Source of the DNA: a virus
Direction: 5' to 3' (one strand)
Virus record (IMG/VR): IMGVR_UViG_3300017917_004642
Span: 19,577 to 83,576 of that record
DNA: 64,000 nt
Positions 56,487-64,000 of this stretch are shown here, in pieces. Position numbers and translations under genes: made by a program. The notes beneath the pieces were generated by a model, which did not search any database, was not told the origin of the DNA, and saw only the letters and a program-made list of their open reading frames with translations. Within the stretch, counting starts at the first letter, position 1; each line of letters starts with the position of its first letter.

Positions 56487-58052
56487 ATGGCTTTTAATAC
56501 TAAATATATTTTTCCTGGTGACGATAAAAACCAGATACTGGAAAAGGTAAATTATAATTTTTCCCAGATCTTTTTCAATGGAACCGGATATAAAGGACCA
56601 ATTGGCGTAGTTGGAGCAACCGGTATTATTGGTCAAGTCGGTAGAGATGGAGAAGTTGGAGCAACTGGTGAAAGAGCTTCTAATTGGTATTTTACCAGCA
56701 TAGAACCTGCTATATCAATATCCAAGATCAATGACATCTGGATCAACATCGGAGCAACCGGAGCACAGGACGTTTATACGTTCAATGGGTCAAATTGGAT
56801 TTTCTCTGGCGAGACACTGCTTGGTTCTAGCGTTTTTGGTTTTTTGTCACAGATAACTGGACCGGGCGGATCAACAAGCAACAACGCAATCGATATTTCA
56901 AATCCTTCTCCATCAGACGTTACTTTCGTTTTTTCTGATGCTGTTGGAACAACAGCCAATATAAACCCAAATCTTGCCAAGGTTTTAATTGCTACCGATG
57001 CAAGTAAAAATAATTTTCCAATTTTAGGTTTCGATAAGACCTTTGTTGGCTCCTCCTCAGTTCCTTCTTTCCAATGGGCTGAGATTGGTACTGGTTATGG
57101 CCTGGTTATTCCATCTCCTGGCGATCTCACGTTCAGTAGCGGATTAACATCATCGTATTCTTCAACTGGAGGAAGCTCGACTTTCTCAGCACAGACATCT
57201 GTTACTGTAACAGCAAATTCCTCTGTTTCTTTCGTCAATGCTACAGGTGCATCTGCTTCAATGTCTTTCTCAACACCGAATGTTATTAATTTCACCGGAA
57301 ATAATGTTGAGATAACACCATCATCTGCTACTTTTAGAAATCTTCTATCAGCTTCAGGAATAACAGCAAATGCAGGAACATTGGCTGCAGCTTCAAATAC
57401 TGGAAATGGCCTTTTGGTTGAGATTGCTGGAACCTCTGTAACTGGACCCGCTATTGTAAGTTTAGTAAATTCACAGGGATATAAAGTTTTCGAAAGCAGA
57501 GGAAACAATTTTAATGTCATAGGCCAATCTGGACCTTCCGGATCATCATCTGGAAATTTAGTAAAAGGCTCACAGGGAGTAACACCAAGTACAGCATCAA
57601 CATTCGTTAGAGGAAGTTTTACAAATAACGTGGTTCCAATCACTCTAACCTCTAGCACTTCTGATGTTGTTTACATAACACCGGTTTACACGTCAACACC
57701 CAGTGCAGATGGAAAATCAAACAGAGTTTATTTGCAAATTAGCGGATTCAATGAGACCTGGGACAGTTCATTACAGGAGGGCAGGATTTTCGATGTTTAT
57801 ATGACTGATTCGACTCTTTGTTTTGGTGGGATTAGATCTGTGTACACTGGTGGTTCTGATTCTGTTCAGATCGGAGATTTAAACAATTCAGCGACAGGTG
57901 GATGCAGACACATAAGACTGCAAACAGTCAATACAGCTAGCATTTATTATAATGCTTCCACACCTAAGTTATCCAACCCACCAAGATGTGGTTATATAAC
58001 AGTAAGCAATGCAGTAAGCGAGGGCGGACCTGCTGGTGGAGGTGTTTTTTAA
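56487..58052 (+). CDS. Collagen-like tail fibre protein, paralog of upstream gene
   Basis: GYKGPIGVVGATGIIGQVGRDGEVGATGER; shared SDAV...NP...K.LIAT...PIL.F.KT block. Confidence 0.72.
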   Translation: MAFNTKYIFPGDDKNQILEKVNYNFSQIFFNGTGYKGPIGVVGATGIIGQVGRDGEVGATGERASNWYFTSIEPAISISKINDIWINIGATGAQDVYTFNGSNWIFSGETLLGSSVFGFLSQITGPGGSTSNNAIDISNPSPSDVTFVFSDAVGTTANINPNLAKVLIATDASKNNFPILGFDKTFVGSSSVPSFQWAEIGTGYGLVIPSPGDLTFSSGLTSSYSSTGGSSTFSAQTSVTVTANSSVSFVNATGASASMSFSTPNVINFTGNNVEITPSSATFRNLLSASGITANAGTLAAASNTGNGLLVEIAGTSVTGPAIVSLVNSQGYKVFESRGNNFNVIGQSGPSGSSSGNLVKGSQGVTPSTASTFVRGSFTNNVVPITLTSSTSDVVYITPVYTSTPSADGKSNRVYLQISGFNETWDSSLQEGRIFDVYMTDSTLCFGGIRSVYTGGSDSVQIGDLNNSATGGCRHIRLQTVNTASIYYNASTPKLSNPPRCGYITVSNAVSEGGPAGGGVF

Positions 58053-58070
58053 TTTGAGATAAATATACAA

Positions 58071-58310
58071 ATGGAACTTACAATAGAAGAAAAAGAGGTA
58101 GCAAACGATCTGAAACTTAAATTTTCAATCGTAAAGGAAGAGCTTCATATCGTTGAAGCAAAAATGCTGGAACTTGATAAAGAGGCGGGAACTCTGGTTC
58201 GTAAACTTGAACTACTAAGAGATCAAGAGAGAGAACTAAGAACAAACCTAGAAAAAAAATATGGACAAGGAAAACTAGATCCAATCAATTTAACCTATCA
58301 TGCTGAATAA
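58071..58310 (+). CDS. Small coiled-coil protein (possible fibre chaperone)
   Basis: 79 aa of heptads ending LEKKYGQGKLDP; GATAAATA at 58058-58065 upstream. Confidence 0.5.
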   Translation: MELTIEEKEVANDLKLKFSIVKEELHIVEAKMLELDKEAGTLVRKLELLRDQERELRTNLEKKYGQGKLDPINLTYHAE

Positions 58311-59133
58311 TTTTAAATCGTACTTAGGCATTCTGAACAATAAAGCAATTTACTTGCTTGGTATTGTTATCCTGGTTATGTTGCTCATGAAGCAATGTAA
58401 TGCAACAGAAGATGCAAAAAAAGAAGCGCAGAGAAATTTTAACAACCTCTTGGCTGAAAGAGATAGCGTAAGAGTCCTTGAGTCTAAAAATGGGAATATG
58501 CTAGTTGAAAGAGCGGCATTTCAGCTTAAGTATAACGAGCTTTCTAAAGAACAAGAGGAACTGATCGACAGATTGGAGCTTTCTGGAAAAAAGAAACCCT
58601 CTGTTGTTATACAGACAGAAGTGGTTTATCGTGATACCTCCATTATCGTTCCTGTTGCAGCCTCACAAGATGGTGAAAACACATATCTAAAGTTTTCGCA
58701 TAACCCTTCACTGCCAGGCAAAAACAAGCTTGTCATTGCAGGAGAGCTTCCATATACTATTGATAATGATACAATTTGGAATCCAGGAAAAACTAATTTT
58801 GAATTAAAATCTAAAGTTATTCCAGGATCAGCTAAATTGTCAATGGAACAGAGAATAGATTTAGTAACCGGCCTTTACACAGATCCTAAAACAGGAAGAC
58901 TGTTCGTTAGAGCATCAACGTCCTTCCCTGGAATAACTTTCTCTGAAATGCAAGCATTGGATATGGTAGACGATCCAGCAACAAAGAAAGCTCTAAAGCA
59001 AGCTAGAAAACCTTTTGGTGTTGGATTCTCTATTGGTTATGGTATGACGGTTGGAAAGGATGGATATGTTGCTGGTCCAAATATTGGTTTAGGACTAACT
59101 TATTCTCCTAAATGGCTACAGTTTGGAAAATAA
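58300..59133 (+). CDS. Membrane-anchored coiled-coil protein, spanin-like candidate
   Basis: N-terminal TM (AIYLLGIVILVMLLMKQC), coiled coil, VVYRDT stalk, C-terminal Gly-rich beta-hairpin FGVGFSIGYG...PNIGLGLTY. Confidence 0.5.
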   Translation: MLNNFKSYLGILNNKAIYLLGIVILVMLLMKQCNATEDAKKEAQRNFNNLLAERDSVRVLESKNGNMLVERAAFQLKYNELSKEQEELIDRLELSGKKKPSVVIQTEVVYRDTSIIVPVAASQDGENTYLKFSHNPSLPGKNKLVIAGELPYTIDNDTIWNPGKTNFELKSKVIPGSAKLSMEQRIDLVTGLYTDPKTGRLFVRASTSFPGITFSEMQALDMVDDPATKKALKQARKPFGVGFSIGYGMTVGKDGYVAGPNIGLGLTYSPKWLQFGK

Positions 59134-59147
59134 AAAATTTATAAAAA

Positions 59148-61601
59148 ATGGCTTATAGCACCACTTCGAAATATGTACAGTTAACTCCGTATTTGGTTAT
59201 GGAGTACATGTATGCGGATCAACCCAATCCACAAACGTATTTCGTTAACGTGGGTAATCCAACTGTAGGTTTCAATAGATTAGTAAATGGCATTCTGGAA
59301 TATAAGGGATCTCCTCTGAATGACATCCAGATTTTTAACCAGGATCAAAATTATTCAGTAACACAAAACACCGCACTAAATAACGTAGTTAGGGTTTCAG
59401 AGAATGCTTTTATCCCATTAAATCCAAATCTGATTGTACCTTATAACGATTTTAACCCAAAGCTTACACCGACTGCAGATTTGCCAATAGTTTTCCCGAG
59501 TAATATTTCTGTTGTTTATGACAGCGTTAGGTATCACATTTTACAGGGATACAATCTTTCAAACATAGATGGATTGATACTTGGAATTAGCTATCTTGAC
59601 GTTGATGGAAGCTACGTAGCTTTTTCCCAGATCCAGATCAGTAGTGGTACAGCTCAAGATTATACTCTGAATCCAAATCCTTTGACGATAGGATCGAATA
59701 TTTTCGATAAGTATTTTGAGGTTGAAGTACCGAGCTTGCTCGATATGAACAACCAATATGCAGCAGCATCTTCTACAAATAAGCCAAATACACTTGCAGG
59801 CAAGACCAGTAAAAGCGGAATGGGATATGTGACTGGTTCTCCAATTAGAATTAGCTGCTGGGAGATTGGCGATATTACTCAGGTTAACGGGTATAGCCAG
59901 TATGGTGTCAACCTAATAGCAACTCTTTCTCTAGAGTCCGAAGATCCGTTTACAAATATAGGTGCATACATTGCTCCAGCAGATACCGGAGATTTCTTCG
60001 AGTATTTTGCCACTGACAATGGAGGATTCATCGAGAATTTTATTCTTTTCCAAAATTCAATTGGAAATCAATATTACATAGATCACAAGGTTGAAACGAT
60101 AGAACAAATCGGTGCAGCTTTGATCCCGACGATGAATTTTTCAACCATTCAGACTACTGCCTACGATGTTCCACTTCTGTATAGACCGATAGTAAGATAC
60201 CCAGCAGTTGCTGCAAGTTTTACACTTAGGTATACAATGACACTGGTTAATAGCAAGGATCAATCTAGACTAGTTAGAATAGCTTCTTATACGTCAACCA
60301 ATGTCGGAAGATACGGTCCTTATATAGCTCCTTTGCAACTTTCTGTTTTACCGCAAGTTCAAAAGATCTATAACAAAATAGCTTCTCCAACGAATATTAC
60401 CGTTCCCAATAATTCGGTTGCTCCAAAGGAGATAGTCAAATATTCCAACGTGTTTGTCGAGAGAAATCAGGTAAACACTACGATGTCAAATCTGGTTGTA
60501 AAGGGCAACACAATTACCCAAGCTGATGCTGGTGCTACCGATACCGTTTCCTATGGAATGGGACAAGCCTATATAACGATCTCTCCGTTTGACAACTATT
60601 ACAAGTTTACGTTCTATAAGAAAAACCCGGACGGAACTACTGATCTTATAGATCTTACCTCTTCTGGAACATTCCAGATGGCATTCATTGACAATTCAAA
60701 CAATAAATTGTATGCACCTTCTATTGCTGATAAAAATCTGGCAAATTCTGCACGTGGCGAATTGGCATTCAAAGTGGACCAGAGTTTATCAGCACAGATC
60801 CTAACTTTTACCAACCGAAGATTTTACATCTCGAATCAGCCAATACAGTCTGCAACGAACAATTTAACCGGAAATAATGCAGTTTCTAAAGTTTCTGGTG
60901 CTAAACAGGATCTTGCATCGAGAGCTCTTTCTTTAAAAGATTCGATCAAAGATATCCAACTTGCAGCAAGGGCAACTGCAACTACAGAAGCAGATTTAGC
61001 AACAACCAGGATTTCTGCAAGTTCATCTTCTGTTCTTTATTATGGAAGTTGGCTTAAGGACAGCGAGCCAAAACCCGTAACAGGAATAACAGCAGGTGCT
61101 ACCGCGGGTATACCTACCGTTCCAGTCGATTCAGTTGCAGTTACCAGTTCAGGAACTTCGGGGATTACTCCAGCTCAAAGTTCTTGGCAACAAGTTGGAA
61201 CAGCCACCGAATCCACATCTGGAACCTCTGGGACTGTCTTTATTCCAATACCTCCAACCAATACGTTCTCAGCTCAGACCCTAAATACCCTCGGAATTGC
61301 AGCGTTCAAGTCTGCAATATCATCTGATGTACAGGGCAAAATAGCAAACGGATGGGACACAGAACAGATAATCAGCTATTTCTTGAACCCAACCGCTGCA
61401 GGTTTCAAAATATACTCCGGAATCACCAAAGAGATCTTTATCGATGCAGTAACTGGAATTTTCACAACCGATGATTTGGCTCTTTTAAAAGCATATGGGA
61501 ATACAAAGGGAGGTAGGACTAACGGAGGTCCAGCATCGACTAAAGGAAGTACTCTCAACCAAAGTGGATCTGATAACGGCAACCCAAATTTCCCAATATA
61601 A
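59148..61601 (+). CDS. Virion structural protein
   Basis: 817 aa; beta-rich N-terminal part and S/T/G-rich linker; structural context. Confidence 0.5.
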   Translation: MAYSTTSKYVQLTPYLVMEYMYADQPNPQTYFVNVGNPTVGFNRLVNGILEYKGSPLNDIQIFNQDQNYSVTQNTALNNVVRVSENAFIPLNPNLIVPYNDFNPKLTPTADLPIVFPSNISVVYDSVRYHILQGYNLSNIDGLILGISYLDVDGSYVAFSQIQISSGTAQDYTLNPNPLTIGSNIFDKYFEVEVPSLLDMNNQYAAASSTNKPNTLAGKTSKSGMGYVTGSPIRISCWEIGDITQVNGYSQYGVNLIATLSLESEDPFTNIGAYIAPADTGDFFEYFATDNGGFIENFILFQNSIGNQYYIDHKVETIEQIGAALIPTMNFSTIQTTAYDVPLLYRPIVRYPAVAASFTLRYTMTLVNSKDQSRLVRIASYTSTNVGRYGPYIAPLQLSVLPQVQKIYNKIASPTNITVPNNSVAPKEIVKYSNVFVERNQVNTTMSNLVVKGNTITQADAGATDTVSYGMGQAYITISPFDNYYKFTFYKKNPDGTTDLIDLTSSGTFQMAFIDNSNNKLYAPSIADKNLANSARGELAFKVDQSLSAQILTFTNRRFYISNQPIQSATNNLTGNNAVSKVSGAKQDLASRALSLKDSIKDIQLAARATATTEADLATTRISASSSSVLYYGSWLKDSEPKPVTGITAGATAGIPTVPVDSVAVTSSGTSGITPAQSSWQQVGTATESTSGTSGTVFIPIPPTNTFSAQTLNTLGIAAFKSAISSDVQGKIANGWDTEQIISYFLNPTAAGFKIYSGITKEIFIDAVTGIFTTDDLALLKAYGNTKGGRTNGGPASTKGSTLNQSGSDNGNPNFPI

Positions 61602-61612
61602 TCTCTTAGGAT

Positions 61613-62170
61613 ATGATTTTAAACGCAAGAGCAAATAGTTTTTACTTCAACTTTCCAAAGGGATTTTTCCCTGGATCTGTTGAATCCAAGTGGGTTGGGT
61701 ATCTAAAGAAACAGCCAACCCCCTATGACACCCTAACATCATTTATGAACAGCACTATCCAGTCGGTGGGGTTCCCTGGGATGAGCATAGATTTAGTTTC
61801 ACAGACGAAGAACTTGGGAAAACAAATCAACTATCAAAGTGCCACCCCAGTTCAAGATTTATTTACACGAGATTTTGATGTGACCTTTAGGATTGGTGAG
61901 GGTTTTGTGAATTATTTTATAATGCTAGAAACCGTTCTAGATAAATTGGCATTTCAAAACGACAATCTTTTCATCCCGGTTCTTCCCCTCAGAATTTTAG
62001 ATAACGAGGGCAATGTAGTAACATCGGTAATTTTCAAGGAAGTTAATATTACTTCTGTCTCTCAATTGAATCTAAACTACACCCAAAATGCACCTCAGGT
62101 TTACACTTTTAGTGTTGGATTTAAATGCAATTTTTTGGAAATAGATTTAGAAGTTCAAAAAACGAATTGA
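61613..62170 (+). CDS. Tail tube terminator/completion protein (gp3/gp19 fold)
   Basis: IQSVGFPG, DVTFRIGEGFVNY, LRILDNEGN...VIFKEV.ITSVSQLNLNY, TFSVGFKCN. Confidence 0.65.
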   Translation: MILNARANSFYFNFPKGFFPGSVESKWVGYLKKQPTPYDTLTSFMNSTIQSVGFPGMSIDLVSQTKNLGKQINYQSATPVQDLFTRDFDVTFRIGEGFVNYFIMLETVLDKLAFQNDNLFIPVLPLRILDNEGNVVTSVIFKEVNITSVSQLNLNYTQNAPQVYTFSVGFKCNFLEIDLEVQKTN

Positions 62171-62178
62171 GATATATA
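62171..62178 (+). promoter_or_regulatory. Putative late promoter GATATATA
   Basis: Recurrent octamer 22 nt upstream of ATG 62201. Confidence 0.6.
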
Positions 62179-62200
62179 GATTAGAAATAAAAAACCTGAT

Positions 62201-62446
62201 ATGAAGAAATTTTCTGATTTAACTAAAATAAACGAGATGAAGTTTGGACAGCCTATGTATGGCGAAAACGACTTCAAAGTGCACATGAAAAATCTTTTGG
62301 TAGCTGCTTCTGGCAACGACCAGAGAGTTTTGAACGATCTAGTAGATTGTTTAAGCGACGAGCAAATGAAAAAATGCTACGATAAACTAGTTAAAGTCTA
62401 CAACTATACAGGAGAAGTTGGACAATCAGTTCAGCCTAAACTTTAA
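62201..62446 (+). CDS. Small protein, putative head-internal
   Basis: MKKFSDLTKINEMK capsid-targeting-like N-terminus. Confidence 0.55.
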   Translation: MKKFSDLTKINEMKFGQPMYGENDFKVHMKNLLVAASGNDQRVLNDLVDCLSDEQMKKCYDKLVKVYNYTGEVGQSVQPKL

Positions 62447-62460
62447 TCCGATAAAAAATC

Positions 62461-62790
62461 ATGTCGGGACTGATACTAATAAAGTACGGCAAGGATGTTA
62501 ATGGAAATGTTTTAAGTATTGGTGTAAATCCTTCTTCTGTCGGCTCAACAGACGCTGGTGCTACCGGTTTTTTTATTTCATTAGATTCGATTAATACAAC
62601 TACCGTCTTACCGAATACGAATAATTTCACAACACGTCTAGCTTTCTACGGAGCTACTGGATCTGATGTGGCTTATATGAAAAGATCCTGGGTAGATGCA
62701 GTAGATCAGATTATGTCATTCCCCCAGATAGTAACATTAGATTTCCAATCACCTGGATACATATTCAGTCAAACAATCGTAAGTGCTTAA
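62461..62790 (+). CDS. Hypothetical protein
   Basis: 109 aa, two GATG motifs. Confidence 0.55.
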   Translation: MSGLILIKYGKDVNGNVLSIGVNPSSVGSTDAGATGFFISLDSINTTTVLPNTNNFTTRLAFYGATGSDVAYMKRSWVDAVDQIMSFPQIVTLDFQSPGYIFSQTIVSA

Positions 62791-62792
62791 AA

Positions 62793-64000
62793 GTGAAATA
62801 TATACAGATAAAATATTCTTCGGGTGGAAATACGCTTTACACCTCGTTTTCGTTAGAAACTTTATCTGAAATACAGACCGTTAAAGACGGCTGTTATCTT
62901 TATTTTACCAGTGTTTTTTCGAGCACAAGCTTAACCCCTAGTGGTTTTTATTACGGAACTATCGTTTATTTTTCGAAAGCTGATTTTGGATATCAGCTTT
63001 TTGATGAAATAATATTCGCTATACAGGATCTAATCACAGATCCAGAGAAAACCCTATCAACAATAGATTTTGCTTTTGACCCAAGCGTCACCGTTACGTT
63101 CTCCAATATGTACGCTAACGATTCTGGCGGTGGTGGAACAGGTTCTCCTGGTACTTCTGGTACAAGCGGAACATCCGGAACCTCTGGCTTAAACGGAACC
63201 TCTGGTAGCTCTGGCTCGTCCGGAACCAGTGGATCTTCAGGAACCTCAGGATCTTCAGGAACATCTGGTTCAAGCGGAACATCAGGTCAAAATGGAACTA
63301 GTGGATCTTCAGGAACGTCAGGCCAAAATGGAACTAGTGGATCTTCAGGAACATCAGGTTCAAGCGGTACGTCCGGAACATCTGGAGTTAGCGGATCAGC
63401 AGCAGGAGCATGCGGAACATGGAGTCTTTCTAATAACAACCCGCCAGCTACCGGAGAGGTAAATACTAATCTAGGTAATGTAATGTCTACTTCTGTTACT
63501 ACTATGAGAGTATATGAAGTGGACTCTTTTAGTAACAACTGGGCAACTTTTTTCGGAAATCTAAACAATGGATCAGTAATTACAGCTAGCGATACTACTA
63601 ATCCATCAAATACGTGGACCTTTAGTATATCTTCTAAAGTCGATAATGGTCTTTATTATACTTTCACAGTAAGCAGCATAAGTTCTACTGGTGGTGTTTC
63701 ACAAATTGGCGGATCTGTTAATCTATGTTTCAACGTTTCTGGAAGCTCTGGAACTAGTGGATCTTCAGGAACTAGTGGATCTTCAGGCACATCAGGATCT
63801 TCGGGAACATCAGGATCTTCGGGAACTAGTGGATCTTCAGGAACATCAGGATCTTCAGGAACTAGTGGAACTAGTGGATCTTCAGGAACTAGTGGATCTT
63901 CAGGAACTAGTGGGTCTTCAGGCACATCAGGATCTTCGGGAACATCAGGATCTTCGGGAACTAGTGGATCTTCAGGAACATCAGGATCTTCAGGAACTAG
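62793..64000 (+). CDS. Gly-Thr/Ser-Ser repeat fibre-like protein (3'-truncated; absent from the ORF track)
   Basis: GTG at 62793 opens MKYIQIKYSSGGNTLY... with no stop to the window end; (GTS/GSS)n blocks flank a globular module. Confidence 0.8.
   Translation, partial: MKYIQIKYSSGGNTLYTSFSLETLSEIQTVKDGCYLYFTSVFSSTSLTPSGFYYGTIVYFSKADFGYQLFDEIIFAIQDLITDPEKTLSTIDFAFDPSVTVTFSNMYANDSGGGGTGSPGTSGTSGTSGTSGLNGTSGSSGSSGTSGSSGTSGSSGTSGSSGTSGQNGTSGSSGTSGQNGTSGSSGTSGSSGTSGTSGVSGSAAGACGTWSLSNNNPPATGEVNTNLGNVMSTSVTTMRVYEVDSFSNNWATFFGNLNNGSVITASDTTNPSNTWTFSISSKVDNGLYYTFTVSSISSTGGVSQIGGSVNLCFNVSGSSGTSGSSGTSGSSGTSGSSGTSGSSGTSGSSGTSGSSGTSGTSGSSGTSGSSGTSGSSGTSGSSGTSGSSGTSGSSGTSGSSGT
63141..63401 (+). repeat. 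Coding G-x-x triplet repeat (GTS/GSS/GQN), block 1
   Basis: 9/18-nt periodic units such as GGAACTAGTGGATCTTCA. Confidence 0.9.
63741..64000 (+). repeat. Coding (GTSGSS)n repeat, block 2
   Basis: Near-perfect 18-nt units continuing to the window end. Confidence 0.92.

Noticed and set aside
55010-58052. Diversity-generating retroelement acting on fibre tips
   Set aside because: No reverse transcriptase and no near-identical TR/VR pair were seen in the window.
604-63925. Numerous short antisense and alternate-frame ORFs in the track (e.g. 20512..20925, 57095..57658, 63229..63462, 63656..63925)
   Set aside because: They are shadows of long sense genes or of coding repeats, with no independent motifs or start context.
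1-64000. Stop-codon reassignment as in some huge phages
   Set aside because: Long ORFs tile the window under code 11, and TAA, TGA (e.g. 7556, 28075) and TAG (24694) all end genes followed by new starts.

Overview
This window is a 64-kb segment of the virion-structure region of a large T4-related (myovirus-like, jumbo or huge) phage. It uses the standard genetic code and is almost entirely + strand. The host is probably Bacteroidota, an inference from A-rich start contexts lacking Shine-Dalgarno sequences, a lipoprotein gene behind a TAnnTTTG -7 element, and a Bacteroidota-type hypothetical protein. Gene order: gp23-like major capsid protein; a block of K/E-rich proteins carrying capsid-targeting and prohead-protease-like motifs; accessory enzymes (dNMP-kinase-like, AsnB-like, GT25-like, Nudix); tube/baseplate genes (gp48/54-, gp53-, gp27-, gp5/gpV-, gp25-, gp6-, gp7-like); a ribosomal-protein-S1-like gene coupled to an amidoligase-like gene; gp13-like neck; very large baseplate/fibre proteins; collagen-like fibres; a spanin-like gene; a gp3-like gene; and a (G-T/S-S)n repeat protein running off the right edge. 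The strongest finding is on the minus strand at 40256-42616. A phoH gene is fractured into two ORFs, each carrying half of a naturally split intein (100-aa IntN; 39-aa IntC with atypical S-K-N end), with a free-standing GIY-YIG endonuclease gene between them. Other signals are a recurrent GATATATA/GATAAATA late-promoter-like motif, a family of probable head-packaged proteins, and a pervasive G-x-T-G motif in structural proteins. All family assignments come from motif recognition by eye; no database searches were run.
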